DNA of 64,000 nt from Eledone cirrhosa (taxonomy: Eukaryota), in NCBI GenBank assembly GCA_964016885.1, contig OZ024746.1, forward strand, positions 52,824,001-52,888,000, in the 5' to 3' direction. The position numbers and the translations under genes are program-made. Below, piece after piece: positions 1 to 13,900 of the stretch (position 1 is the first letter of the stretch; each line of letters begins with the position of its first letter). The notes under the pieces were generated by a model. It did no database searches. It saw only the letters and a list, made by a program, of their open reading frames with translations, and had not been told where the DNA came from.

Positions 1-3000
1 AGGTTGCTGAGATGGTAGTGTTGTTGTTGTTATTCTAGTTAGTGGTTGCTGTGATGGTAGTGTTGTTGTTATTATTGTAGTTAGAGGTTGCTGAGATGGT
101 AGTGTTGTTGTTGTTATTCTAGTTAGTGGTTGCTGTGATGGTAGTGTTGTTGTTGTTGTTATTGTAGTTAGTGGTTTCTGTGATGGTAGTGTTGTTGTTG
201 TTTTTATTGTAGTTAGTGTTTGCTGAGATGGTAGAGTTGTTGTTGTTTTTATTGTAGTTAGTGGTTGCTGAGATGGTAGTGTTGTTGTTGTTGTTATTGT
301 AGTTAGTGGTTTCTGTGATGGTAGTGTTGTTGTTGTTGTTATTGTAGTTAGAGGTTGCTGAGATGGTAGTGTTGTTGTTGTTGTTGTTGTTATTGTAGTT
401 AGTGGTTTCTGTGATGGTAGTGTTGTTGTTGTTATTGTAGTTAGTGGTTGCTGAGATGGTAGTGTTGTTGTTGTTGTTATTGTAGTTAGAGGTTGCTGTG
501 ATGGTAGTGTTGTTGTTGTTGTTATTGTAGTTAGTGGTTTCTGTGATGGTAGTGTTGTTGTTGTTATTGTAGTTAGTGGTTGCTGAGATAATAGTGTTGT
601 TGTTGTTGTTATTGTAGTTAGTGGTTGCTGAGATGATAGTGTTGTTGTTGTTGTTATTGTAGTTAGTGTTTGCTGAGATGGTAGTGTTGTTGTTGTTGTT
701 ATTGTAGTTAGTGGTTTCTGTGATGGTAGTGTTGTTGTTGTTATTGTAGTTAGTGGTTGCTGAGATGGTAGTGTTGTTGTTGTTGTTATAGGTAGTTAGT
801 GGCTGCTGAGATGGTAGTGTTGTTGTTGTTGTTATTGTAGTTAAAGGTTGCTGTGATGGTAGTGTTGTTGTTGTTATTCTAGTTAGTGGTTGCTGTGATG
901 GTAGTGTTGTTGTTGTTGTTATTGTAGTTAGTGGTTTCTGTGATGGTAGTGTTGTTGTTGTTATTGTAGTTAGTGGTTGCTGAGATGGTAGTGTTGGTGT
1001 TGTTGTTATTGTAGTTAGTGGTTGCTGAGATGGTAGTGTTGTTGTTGTTGTTATTGTAGTTAGAGTTTGCTGAGATGGTAGTATTGTTGTTGTTGTTATT
1101 GTAGTTAGAGGTTGCTGTGATGGTAGTGTTGTTGTTGTTGTTATTGTAATTAGTGGTTTCTGTGATGGTAGTGTTGTTGTTGTTGTTATTGTAGTTAGTG
1201 GTTTCTGTGATGGTAGTGTTGTTGTTGTTATTCTAGTTAGTGGTTGCTGTGATGGTAGTGTTGTTGTTGTTATTGTAGTTAGTGGTTGCTGAGATGGTAG
1301 TGTTGTTGTTGTTATTGTAGTTAGTGGTTTCTGTGATGGTAGTGTTGTTGTTGTTATTGTAGTTAGTGGTTTCTGTGATGGTAGTGTTGTTGTTATTATT
1401 CTAGTTAGTGGTTGCTGAGATGGTAGTGTTGTTGTTGTTATTGTAGTTAGTGGTTTCTGTGATGGTAGTGTTGTTGTTGTTGTTGTAGTTAGTGGTTTCT
1501 GTGATGGTAGTGTTGTTGTTGTTGTTATTGTAGTTAGTGGTTGCTGAGATGGTAGTGTTGTTGTTGTTGTTATTGTAGTTAGTGGTTTCTGTGATGGTAG
1601 TGTTGTTGTTGTTATTGTAGTTAGTGGTTTCTGTGATGGTAGTGTTGTTGTTGTTGTTATTGTAGTTAGTGGTTGCTGAGATGGTAGTGTTGTTGTTGTT
1701 ATTGTAGTTCGTGGTTGCTGAGATGGTAGTGTTGTTGTTGTTGTTATTGTAGTTAGTGGTTGCTGAGATGGTAGTGTTGTTGTTGTTGTTATTGTAGTTA
1801 GTGGTTGCTGAGATGGTAGTGTTGTTGTTGTTGTTATTGTAGTTAGTGGTTGCTGAGATGGTAGTGTTGTTGTTGTTGTTATTGTAGTTCGTGGTTGCTG
1901 AGATGGTAGTGTTGTTGTTGTTGTTATTGTAGTTCGTGGTTGCTGAGATGGTAGTGTTGTTGTTGTTGTTATTGTAGTTCGTGGTTGCTGAGATGGTAGT
2001 GTTGTTGTTGTTATTGTATTTAGAGGTTGCTGTGATGGTAGTGTTGTTGTTGTTGTTATTGTAGTTAGTGGTTGCTGAGATGGTAGTGTTGTTGTTGTTG
2101 TTATTGTAGTTAGTGGTTGCTGAGATGGTAGTGTTGTTGTTGTTGTTATTGTAGTTCGTGGTTGCTGAGATGGTAGTGTTGTTGTTGTTATTGTATTTAG
2201 AGGTTGCTGTGATGGTAGTGTTGTTGTTGTTGTTATTGTAGTTAGTGGTTGCTGAGATGGTAGTGTTGTTGTTGTTGTTATTGTAGTTAGTGGTTGCTGA
2301 GATGGTAGTGTTGTTGTTGTTGTTATTGTAGTTCGTGGTTGCTGAGATGGTAGTGTTGTTGTTGTTGTTATTGTAGTTCGTGGTTGCTGAGATGGTAGTG
2401 TTGTTGTTGTTGTTATTGTAGTTCGTGGTTGCTGAGATGGTAGTGTTGTTGTTGTTATTGTATTTAGAGGTTGCTGTGATGGTAGTGTTGTTGTTGTTGT
2501 TATTGTAGTTAGTGGTTGCTGAGATGGTAGTGTTGTTGTTGTTGTTATTGTAGTTAGTGGTTGCTGAGATGGTAGTGTTGTTGTTGTTGTTATTGTAGTT
2601 CGTGGTTGCTGAGATGGTAGTGTTGTTGTTGTTGTTATTGTAGTTCGTGGTTGCTGAGATGGTAGTGTTGTTGTTGTTGTTATTGTAGTTCGTGGTTGCT
2701 GAGATGGTAGTGTTGTTGTTGTTATTGTATTTAGAGGTTGCTGTGATGGTAGTGTTGTTGTTGTTGTTATTGTAGTTAGTGGTTGCTGAGATGGTAGTGT
2801 TGTTGTTGTTGTTATTGTAGTTAGTGGTTGCTGAGATGGTAGTGTTGTTGTTGTTGTTATTGTAGTTCGTGGTTGCTGAGATGGTAGTGTTGTTGTTGTT
2901 GTTATTGTAGTTAGTGGTTGCTGTGATTGTAGTGTTGTTGTTGTTGTTATTGTAGTTAGAGGTTGCTGAGATGGTAGTGTTGTTGTTGTTGTTATTGTAG

Positions 3001-4200
3001 TTAGTGGTTGCTGAGATGGTAGTGTTGTTGTTGTTGTTATTGTAGTTAGAGGTTGCTGAGATGGTAGTGTTGTTGTTGTTATTCTAGTTAGTGGTTGCTG
3101 TGATGGTAGTGTTGTTGTTATTATTGTAGTTAGAGGTTGCTGAGATGGTAGTGTTGTTGTTGTTATTCTAGTTAGTGGTTGCTGTGATGGTAGTGTTGTT
3201 GTTGTTGTTATTGTAGTTAGTGGTTTCTGTGATGGTAGTGTTGTTGTTGTTTTTATTGTAGTTAGTGTTTGCTGAGATGGTAGTGTTGTTGTTGTTTTTA
3301 TTGTAGTTAGTGGTTGCTGAGATGGTAGTGTTGTTGTTGTTGTTATTGTAGTTAGAGGTTGCTGAGATGGTTGTGTTGTTGTTGTTGTTGTTGTTATTGT
3401 AGTTAGTGGTTTCTGTGATGGTAGTGTTATTGTTGTTATTGTAGTTAGTGGTTGCTGAGATGGTAGTGTTGTTGTTGTTGTTATTGTAGTTAGAGGTTGC
3501 TGTGATGGTAGTGTTGTGGTTGTTGTTATTGTAGTTAGTGGTTTCTGAGATAATAGTGTTGTTGTTGTTGTTATTGTAGTTAGTGGTTGCTGAGATAATA
3601 GTGTTGTTGTTGTTGTTATTGTAGTTAGTGGTTGCTGAGATGATAGTGTTGTTGTTGTTGCTATTGTAGTTAGTGGTTGCTGAGATGGTAGTGTTGTTGT
3701 TGTTGTTATTGTAGTTAGTGGTTTCTGTGATGGTAGTGTTGTTGTTGTTGTTATTGTAGTTAGTGGTTGCTGTGATGGTAGTGTTGTTGTTGTTATTGTA
3801 GTTAGTGGTTGCTGAGATGGTAGTGTTGTTGTTGTTGTTATAGGTAGTTAGTGGCTGCTGAGATGGTAGTGTTTTTGTTGTTGTTATTGTAGTTAGTGGT
3901 TTCTGTGATGGTAGTGATGTTGTTGTTGTTATTGTAGTTAAAGGTTGCTCTGATGGTAGTGTTGTTGTTGTTATTCTAGTTAGTGGTTGCTGTGATGGTA
4001 GTGTTGTTGTTGTTGCTATTGTAGTTAGTGGTTTCTGTGATGGTAGTGTTGTTGTTGTTATTGTAGTTAGTGGTTGCTGAGATGGTAGTGTTGTTGTTGT
4101 TATTGTAGTTAGTGGTTGCTGAGATGGTAGTGTTGTTGTTGTTGTTATTGTAGTTAGAGTTTGCTGAGATGGTAGTATTGTTGTTGTTGTTATTGTAGTT
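1..4200 (+). repeat. ~3.05-kb-offset duplication: ~1-1100 recurs at ~3050-4200
   Basis: The same order of variants occurs in both copies (TTCTAG, TTTTTATT, ATAATAG, ATAGGTAG at 789/3841, TTAAAGG, GAGTTTG..GTATT); offset about 3049-3052. Confidence 0.8.
1700..2900 (+). repeat. Local higher-order repeat (6-mer, 267 bp) carrying the private GTTCGTGG variant
   Basis: The variant C lies at 1710, 1890, 1935, 1980, 2157, 2334, 2379, 2424, 2601, 2646, 2691 and 2868. The TATTTAGAGG marker is at ~2017, 2194, 2461 and 2728 (spacings 177, 267, 267). Confidence 0.9.
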
Positions 4201-4946
4201 AGTGGTTGCTGAGATGGTAGTGTTGTTGTTGTTGTTATTGTAGTTAGAGGTTGCTGAGATGGTAGTGTTGTTGTTGTTATTCTAGTTAGTGGTTGCTGTG
4301 ATGGTAGTGTTGTTGTTGTTGTTATTGTAGTTATTGATTTCTGTGATGGTAGTGTTGTTGTTGTTATTGTAGTTAGAGCTTGCTGAGATGGTAGTGTTGT
4401 TGTTGTTATTGTAGTTAGTGGTTTCTGTGATGGTAGTGTTGTTGTTGTTATTGTAGTTAGTGGTTGCTGAGATGGTAGTGTTGTTGTTGTTGTTATTGTA
4501 GTTAGAGGTTGCTGTGATGGTAGTGTTGTTGTTGTTGTTATTGTAGTTAGTGGTTTCTGTTATGGTAGTGTTGTTGTTGTTGTTATTGTAGTTAGTGGTT
4601 TCTGTGATGGTAGTGTTGTTGTTGTTATTGTAGTTAGTGGTTGCTGTGATGGTAGTGTTGTTGTTATTATTGTAGTTAGAGCTTGCTGAGATGGTAGTGT
4701 TGTTGTTGTTATTGTAGTTAGTGGTTTCTGTGATGGTAGTGTTGTTGTTGTTATTGTAGTTAGTGGTTGCTGAGATGGTAGTGTTGTTGTTGTTGTTATT
4801 GTAGTTAGAGGTTGCTGTGATGGTAGTGTTGTTGTTTTTGTTATTGTAGTTAGTGGTTTCTGTGATGGTAGTGTTGTTGTTGTTGTTATTGTAGTTAGTG
4901 GTTGCTGAGATAATAGTGTTGTTGTTGTTGTTATTGTAGTTAGTGG

Positions 4947-5282
4947 TTACTGAGATGATAGTGTTGTTGTTGTTGTTATTGTAGTTAGTAGTTGCTGAGA
5001 TGGTAGTGTTGTTGTTGTTGTTATTGTAGTTAGTGGTTTTTGTGATGGTAGTGTTGTTGTTGTTGTTATTGTAGTTAGTGGTTTCTGTGATGGTAGTATT
5101 GTTGTTGTTATTGTAGTTAGTGGTTGCTGAGATGGTAGTGTTGTTGTTGTTGTTATTGTAGTTAGTGGTTGCTGAGATGGTAGTGTTGTCGTTGTTGTTA
5201 TTGTAGTTAGTGGTTGCTGTGATGGTAGTGTTGTTGTTGTTGTTATTGTAGTTAGAGGTTGCTGAGATGGTAGTGTTGTCAT
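4947..5282 (-). other. Repeat-derived ORF (TTITTTTTLPSQQPL)n, probably not a gene
   Basis: From the ORF track. The ATG (GTCATT at ~5280) and the stop (GGTTAC at ~4947) are both rare point variants of the monomer; there is no unique flanking sequence. Confidence 0.75.
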
Positions 5283-7949
5283 TGTTGTTATTGTTGTTAG
5301 TGGTTGCTGAGATGGTAGTGTTGTTGTTGTTGTTATTGTAGTTAGTGGTTTCTGTGATGGTAGTGTTGTTGTTGTTATTGTAGTTAGAGATTGCTGAGAT
5401 GGTAGTGTTGTTGTTGTTGTTAGTGGTTGCTGTGATGTTAGTGTTGTTGTTGTTATTGTAGTTAGTGGTTGTTGTGATGGTAATGTTGTTGTTGTTGTTA
5501 TTGTAGTTAGTGGTTGTTGTGATGGTAGTGTTGTTGTTGTTGTTGTAGTTAGTGGTTGATGTGATGGTAGTGTTGTTGTTGTTGTTATTGTAGTTAGTGG
5601 TTGTTGTGATGGTAGTGTTGTTGTTGTTGTTGTAGTTAGTGGTTGATGTGATGGTAGTGTTGTTGTTATTGTTATTGTAGTTAGTGGTTGTTGTGATGGT
5701 AGTGTTGTTGTTGTTGTTGTAGTTAGTGGTTGATGTGATTGTAGTGTTCTTGTTGTTATTGTAGTTAGTGGTTGTTGTGATGGTAGTGTTGTTGTTGTTG
5801 TTGTAGTTAGTGGTTGATGTGATGGTAGTGTTGTTGTTGTTATTGTAGTTAGTGGTTGTTGTGATGGTAGTGTTGTTGTTGTTGTTGTAGTTAGTGGTTG
5901 ATGTGATGGTAGTGTTGTTAGTGTTATTGTAGTTAGTGGTTGTTGTGATGGTAGTGTTGTTGTTGTCGTTGTAGTTAGTAGTTGTTGTGATGGTAGTGTT
6001 GTTGTTATTGTTATTGTGGTTAGAGATTGCTGTGATGGTAGTGTTGTTGTTGTTATTGTAGTTAGTGGTTGCTGAGATGGTAGTGTTGTTGTTGTTTTTA
6101 TTATAGTTAATGGTTCCTGAGATGGTAGTTATGTTGTTGTTGTTATTGTAGTTTGTGGTTTCTGTGATGGTAGTGTTGTTGTTGTTGTTATTGTAGTTAG
6201 TGGTTGCTGAGATGGTAGTGTTGTTGTTGTTGTTATTGTAGTTATTGGTTTCTGTGATGGTAGTGTTGTAGTTGTTGTTATTGTAGTTAGTATTTGCTGA
6301 TGTGGTAGTGTTGTTGTTGTTGTTATTGTAGTTAGTGGTTTCTGTGATGGTAGTGTTGTTGTTGTTGTTATTGTAGTTAGTGGTTGCTGTGATTGTAGTG
6401 TTGTTGTTGTTGTTATTGTATTTAGAGGTTGCTGAGATGGTAGTGTTGTTGTTGTTGTTATTGTAGTTAGTGGTTGCTGAGATGGTAGTGTTGTTGTTGT
6501 TGTTATTGTAGTTAGTGGTTGCTGTGATTGTAGTGTTGTTGTTGTTGTTATTGTAGTTAGAGGTTGCTGAGATGGTAGTGTTGTTGTTGTTGTTATTGTA
6601 GTTAGTGGTTGCTGAGATGGTAGTGTTGTTGTTGTTGTTATTGTAGTTAGTGGTTGCTGAGATGGTAGTGTTGTTGTTGTTGTTATTGTAGTTAGTGGTT
6701 GCTGAGATGGTAGTGTTGTTGTTGTTGTTATTGTAGTTAGTGGTTGCTGTGATTGTAGTGTTGTTGTTGTTGTTATTGTAGTTAGAGGTTGCTGAGATCG
6801 TAGTGTTGTTGTTATTGTTATTGTAGTTAGTGGTTGCTGAGATGGTAGTGTTGTTGTTGTTGTTATTGTAGTTAGAGGTTGCTGAGATGGTAGTGTTGTT
6901 GTTGTTATTCTAGTTAGTGGTTGCTGTGATGGTAGTGTTGTTGTTGTTGTTATTGTAGTTAGTGGTTGCTGTGTTGGTAGTGTTGTTGTTGTTATTGTAG
7001 TTAGAGGTTGCTGAGATAATAGTGTTGTTGTTGTTGTTATTGTAGTTAGTGGTTGCTGAGATGATAGTGTTGTTGTTGTTGTTATTGTAGTTAGTGGTTG
7101 CTGAGATGTTAGTGTTGTTGTTGTTGTTATTGTAGTTAGTGATTTTTGTGATGGTAGTGTTGTTGTTGTTGTTATTGTAGTTAGTGGTTGCTGTGAGGGT
7201 AGTGTTGTTGTTGTTATTGAAGTTAGTGGTTGCTGAGATGGTAGTGTTGTTGTTGTTGTTATTGTAGTTAGTGGTTGCAGAGATGGTAGTGTTGTTGTTG
7301 TTGTTATTCTAGTTAGTGGTTGCTGTGATGGTAGTGTTGTTGTTGTTGTTATTGTAGTTAGTGGTTTTTGTGATGGTAGTGTTGTTGTTGTTGTTATTCT
7401 AGTTAGCGGTTGCTGTGATGGTAGTGTTGTTGTTGTTGTTATTGTAGTTAGTGGTTTCTGTGATGGTAGTGTTGTTGTTGTTATTGTAGTTAGTGGTTGC
7501 TGAGATGGTAGTGTTGTTGTTGTTATTGTAGTTAGTGGTTGCTGAGATGGTAGTGGTGTCGTTGTTGTTATTGTAGTTAGTTGTTGCTGTGATGGTAGTG
7601 TTGTTGTTGTTGTTGTTATTGTAGTTAGAGGTTGCTGAGATCGTAGTGTTGTTGTTGTTGTTATTGTAGTTAGTGGTTGCTGAGATGGTAGTGTTGTTGT
7701 TGTTGTTATTGTAGTTAGTGGTTGCTGTGATGGTAGTGTTGTTGTTGTTATTGAAGTTAGTGGTTGCTGAGATGGTAGTGTTGTTGTTGTTGTTATTGTA
7801 GTTAGTGGTTGCTGTGATGGTAGTGTTGTTGTTGTTATTGAAGTTAGTGGTTGCTGTGATGGTAGTGTTGTTGTTGTTGTTATTCTAGTTAGTGGTTGCT
7901 GTGATGGTAGTGTTGTTGTTGTTGTTATTGTAGTTAGTGGTTTTTGTGA

Positions 7950-10900
7950 TGGTAGTGTTGTTGTTGTTGTTATTCTAGTTAGCAGTTGCTGTGATGGTAG
8001 TGTTGTTGTTGTTGTTATTGTAGTTAGTGGTTTCTGTGATGGTAGTGTTGTTGTTGTTATTGTAGTTAGTGGTTGCTGAGATGGTAGTGTTGTTGTTGTT
8101 ATTGTAGTTAGTGGTTGCTGAGATGGTAGTGGTGTCGTTGTTGTTATTGTAGTTAGTTGTTGCTGTGATGGTAGTGTTGTTGTTGTTGTTATTGTAGTTA
8201 GAGGTTGCTGAGATGGTAGTGTTGTCGTTGTTGTTATTGTAGTTAGTGGTTGCTGAGATGGTAGTGTTGTTGTTGTTGTTGTTATTGTAGTTAGAGGTTG
8301 CTGAGATGGTAGTGTTGTTGTTATTCTAGTTAGTGGTTGCTGTGATGGTAGTGTTGTTGTTATTATTGTAGTTAGAGGTTGCTGAGATGGTAGTGTTGTT
8401 GTTGTTATTCTAGTTAGTGGTTGCTGTGATGGTAGTGTTGTTGTTGTTGTTATTCTAGTTAGTGGTTGATGTGATGGTAGTGTTGTTAGTGTTATTGTAG
8501 TTAGTGGTTGTTGTGATGGTAGTGTTGTTGTTGTCGTTGTAGTTAGTAGTTGTTGTGATGGTAGTGTTGTTGTTATTGTTATTGTAGTTAGAGATTGCTG
8601 TGATGGTAGTGTTGTTGTTGTTATTGTAGTTAGTGGTTGCTGAGATGGTAGTGTTGTTGTTGTTTTTATTGTAGTTAGTGGTTGCTGAGATGGTAGTGTT
8701 GTTGTTGTTGTTGTTATTGTAGTTTGTGGTATCTGTGATGGTAGTGTTGTTGTTGTTGTTATTGTAGTTAGTGGTTGCTGAGATGATAGTGTTGTTGTTG
8801 TTGTTATTGTAGTTAGTGGTTGCTGAGATGGTAGTGTTGTTGTTGTTGTTATTGTAGTTAGTGGTTTTTGTGATGGTAGTGTTGTTGTTGTTATTGTAGT
8901 TAGTGGTTGCTGTGATGGTAGTGTTGTTGTTGTTGTTGTTATTGTAGTTAGTGGTTGCTGAGATAATAGTGTTGTTGTTGTTGTTATTGTAGTTAGTGGT
9001 TGCTGAGATGGTAGTGTTGTTGTTGTTGTTATTGTAGTTAGTGGTTTTTGTGATGGTAGTGTTGTTGTTGTTGTTATTGTAGTTAGTGGTTGCTGTGATG
9101 GTAGTGTTGTTGTTGTTATTGTAGTTAGTGGTTGCTGAGATGGTAGTGTTGTTGTTGTCGTTATTGTAGTTAGAGGTTGCTGTGATGGTAGTGTTGTTGT
9201 TGATGTTATTGTAGTTAGTGGTTGCTGAGATAATAGTGTTGTTGTTGTTGTTATTATAGTTAGTGGTTGCTGAGATGGTAGTGTTGTTGTTGTTATTGTA
9301 GTTAGTGGTTGCTGAGATGGTAGTGTTGTTGTTGTTATTGTAGTTAGTGGTTTCTGTGATGGTAGTGTTGTTGTTGTTGTTGTTATTGTAGTTAGTGGTT
9401 CCTGAGATAATAGTGTTGTTGTTGTTGTTATTGTAGTGAGTGGTTGCTGAGATGGTAGTGTTGTTGTTGTTGTTATTGTAGTTAGTGGTTTCTGTGATGG
9501 TAGTGTTGTTGTTGTTGTTATTGTAGTTAGTGGTTGCTGAGATAATAGTGTTGTTGTTGTTGTTATTGTAGTTAGTGGTTGCTGAGATGGTAGTGTTGTT
9601 GTTGTTGTTATTGTAGTTAGTGGTTGCTGAGATGGTAGTGTTGTTGTTGTTGTTATTGTAGTTAGTGGTTTCTGTGATGGTAGTGTTGTTGTTGTTGTTA
9701 TTGTAGTTAGTGGTTGCTGTGATGGTAGTGTTGTTGTTGTTATTAGGGTTAGTGGTTGCTGTGATGGTAGTGTTGTTGTTGATGTTATTGTAGTTAGTGG
9801 TTTCTGTGATGGTAGTGTTGTTGTTGTTATTGTAGTTAGTGGTTGCTGAGATGGTAGTGTTGTTGTTGTGGTTATTGTAGTTAGTGGTTGCTGAGATGGT
9901 AGTGTTGTTGTTGTTATTGTAGCTAGTGGTTGCTGTGATGGTAGTGTTGTTGTTGTTATTGTAGTTAGTGGTTGCTATGATGGTAGTGATGTTGTTGTTA
10001 TTGTAGCTAGTGGTTGCTGCGTTGGTAGTGTTGTTGTTGTTATTGTAGTTAGTGGTTGCTATGCTGGTAGTGTTGTTGTTGTTATTGTAGCTAGTGGTTG
10101 ATATGATGGTAGTGTTTTTGTTGTTATTGTAGTTAGTGGTTGCTATGATGGTAGTGTTGTTGTTGTTATTGTAGTAAGAGGTTGCTATAATGGTAGTGTT
10201 GTTGTTGTTATTGTAGTTAGTGGTTGCTATGATGGTAGTGTTGTTGTTGTTATTGTAGCTAGTGGTTGCTGAGATGGTAGTGTTGTTGTTGTTGTTATTG
10301 TTGTTAGTGGTTGCTGAGATGGTAGTGTTGTTGTTGTTGTTATTGTAGTTAGTGGTTGCTGTGATGGTAGTGTTGTTGTTGTTATTGTAGTTAGAGGTTG
10401 CTGTGATGGTAGTGTTGTTGTTGTTATTGTAGTTAGTGTTTGCTGAGATGGTAGTTTTGTTGTTGTTTTTATTGTAGTTAGTGTTTGCTGAGATGGTAGT
10501 GTTGTTGTTGTTTTTATTGTAGTTAGTGGTTGCTGAGATGGTAGTGTTGTTGTTGTTGTTATTGTAGTTAGTGGTTTCTGTGATGGTAGTGTTGTTGTTG
10601 TTGTTATTGTAGTTAGTGGTTGCTGTGATGGTAGTGTTGTTGTTGTTATTGTAGTTAGTGGTTGCTGTGATGGTAGTGTTGTTGTTGTTATTGTAGTTAG
10701 TGTTTGCTGAGATGGTAGTGTTGTTGTTGTTTTTATTGTAGTTAGTGTTTGCTGAGATGGTAGTGTTGTTGTTGTTGTTATTGTAGTTAGTGGTTGCTGA
10801 GATGGTAGTGTTGTTGTTGTTGTTATTGTAGTTAGTGGTTTCTGTGATGGTAGTGTTGTTGTTGTTGTTATTGTAGTTAGAGGTTGCTGAGATGGTAGTG

Positions 10901-13900
10901 TTGTTGTTGTTGTTGTTATTGTAGTTAGTGGTTTCTGTGATGGTAGTGTTGTTGTTGTTATTGTAGTTAGTAGTTGCTGAGATGGTAGTGTTGTTGTTGT
11001 TGTTATTGTAGTTAGAGGTTGCTGTGATGGTAGTGTTGTTGTTGTTGTTATTGTAGTTAGTGGTTTCTGTGATGGTAGTGTTGTTGTTGTTATTGTAGTT
11101 AGTGGTTGCTGAGATAATAGTGTTGTTGTTGTTGTTATTGTAGTTAGTGTTTGCTGAGATGGTAGTGTTGTTGTTGTTGTTATTGTAGTTAGTGGTTTCT
11201 GTGATGGTAGTGTTGTTGTTGTTGTTATTGTAGTTAGTGGTTGCTGTGATGGTAGTATTGTTGTTGTTATTGTAGTTAGTGGTTGCTGTGATGGTAGTGT
11301 TGTTGTTGTTGTTATAGGTAGTTAGTGGCTGCTGAGATGGTAGTGTTGTTGTTGTTGTTATTGTAGTTAGTGGTTTCTGTGATGGTAGTGTTGTTGTTGT
11401 TGTTATTGTAGTTAAAGGTTGCTGTGATGGTAGTGTTGTTGTTGTTATTCTAGTTAGTGGTTGCTGTGATGGTAGTGTTGTTGTTGTTGTTATTGTAGTT
11501 AGTGGTTTCTGTGATGGTAGTGTTGTTGTTGTTATTGTAGTTAGTGGTTGCTGAGATGGTAGTGTTGTTGTTGTTGTTATTGTAGTTAGTGGTTGCTGAG
11601 ATGGTAGTGTTGTTGTTGTTGTTATTGTAGTTAGAGTTTGCTGAGATGGTTGTATTGTTGTTGTTGTTATTGTAGTTAGTGGTTGCTGAGATGGTAGTGT
11701 TGTTGTTGTTGTTATTGTAGTTAGAGGTTGCTGAGATGGTAGTGTTGTTGTTGTTATTCTAGTTAGTGGTTGCTGTGATGGTAGTGTTGTTGTTATTATT
11801 GTAGTTAGAGGTTGCTGAGATGGTAGTGTTGTTGTTGTTGTTGTTGTTATTGTAGTTAGTGGTTTCTGTGATGGTAGTGTTGTTGTTGTTATTGTAGTTA
11901 GTGGTTGCTGAGATGGTAGTGTTGTTGTTGTTGTTATTGTAGTTAGAGGTTGCTGTGATGGTAGTGTTGTTGTTGTTGTTGTTATTGTAGTTAGTGGTTT
12001 CTGTGATGGTAGTGTTGTTGTTGTTATTGTAGTTAGTGGTTGCTGAGATAATAGTGTTGTTGTTGTTGTTATTGTAGTTAGTGGTTGCTGAGATGGTAGT
12101 GTTGTTGTTGTTGTTATTGTAGTTAGTGGTTGCTGAGATGGTAGTGTTGTTGTTGTTGTTATTGTAGTTAGTGGTTTCTGTGATGGTAGTGTTGTTGTTG
12201 TTGTTATTGTAGTTAGTGGTTGCTGTGGTGGTAGTGTTGTTGTTGTTATTGTAGTTAGAGGTTGCTGAGATGGTAGTGTTGTTGTTGTTATTGTAGTTAG
12301 TGGTTGCTGTGATGGTAGTGTTGTTGTTGTTATTGTAGTTAGTGTTTGCTGAGATGGTAGTGTTGTTGTTGTTTTTATTGTAGTTAGTGTTTGCTGAGAT
12401 GGTAGTGTTGTTGTTGTTGTTATTGTAGTTAGTGGTTTCTGTGATGGTAGTGTTGTTGTTGTTGTTATTGTAGTTAGAGGTTGCTGAGATGGTAGTGTTG
12501 TTGTTGTTGTTGTTGTTATTGTAGTTAGTGGTTTCTGTGATGGTAGTGTTGTTGTTGTTATTGTAGTTAGTGGTTGCTGAGATGGTAGTGTTGTTGTTGT
12601 TGTTATTGTAGTTATAGGTTGCTGTGATGGTAGTGTTGTTGTTGTTGTTATTATAGTTAGTGGTTTCTGTGATGGTAGTGTTGTTGTAGTTAGTGGTTGA
12701 TGTGATGGTAGTGTTGTTATTGTTATTGTAGTTAGTGGTTGTTGTGATGGTAGTGTTGTTGTTGTTGTTGTAATTAGTGGTTGATGTGATTGTAGTGTTC
12801 TTGTTGTTATTGTAGTTAGTGGTTGTTGTGATGGTAGTGTTGTTGTTGTTGTTGTAGTTAGTGGTTGATGTGATGGTAGTGTTGTTGTTGTTATTGTAGT
12901 TAGTGGTTGTTGTGATGGTAGTGTTGTTATTGTTGTTGTAGTTAGTGGTTGATGTGATGGTAGTGTTGTTAGTGTTATTGTAGTTAGTGGTTGTTGTGAT
13001 GGTAGTGTTGTTGTTGTTGTTATTCTAGTTAGCAGTTGCTGTGATGGTAGTGTTGTTGTTGTTGTTATTGTAGTTAGTGGTTTCTGTGATGGTAGTGTTG
13101 TTGTTGTTATTGTAGTTAGTGGTTGCTGAGATGGTAGTGTTGTTGTTGTTATTGTAGTTAGTGGTTGCTGAGATGGTAGTGGTGTCGTTGTTGTTATTGT
13201 AGTTAGTTGTTGCTGTGATGGTAGTGTTGTTGTTGTTGTTATTGTAGTTAGAGGTTGCTGAGATGGTAGTGTTGTCGTTGTTGTTATTGTAGTTAGTGGT
13301 TGCTGAGATGGTAGTGTTGTTGTTGTTGTTGTTATTGTAGTTAGAGGTTGCTGAGATGGTAGTGTTGTTGTTATTCTAGTTAGTGGTTGCTGTGATGGTA
13401 GTGTTGTTGTTATTATTGTAGTTAGAGGTTGCTGAGATGGTAGTGTTGTTGTTGTTATTCTAGTTAGTGGTTGCTGTGATGGTAGTGTTGTTGTTGTTGT
13501 TATTCTAGTTAGTGGTTGATGTGATGGTAGTGTTGTTAGTGTTATTGTAGTTAGTGGTTGTTGTGATGGTAGTGTTGTTGTTGTCGTTGTAGTTAGTAGT
13601 TGTTGTGATGGTAGTGTTGTTGTTATTGTTATTGTAGTTAGAGATTGCTGTGATGGTAGTGTTGTTGTTGTTATTGTAGTTAGTGGTTGCTGAGATGGTA
13701 GTGTTGTTGTTGTTTTTATTGTAGTTAGTGGTTGCTGAGATGGTAGTGTTGTTGTTGTTGTTGTTATTGTAGTTTGTGGTATCTGTGATGGTAGTGTTGT
13801 TGTTGTTGTTATTGTAGTTAGTGGTTGCTGAGATGATAGTGTTGTTGTTGTTGTTATTGTAGTTAGTGGTTGCTGAGATGGTAGTGTTGTTGTTGTTGTT

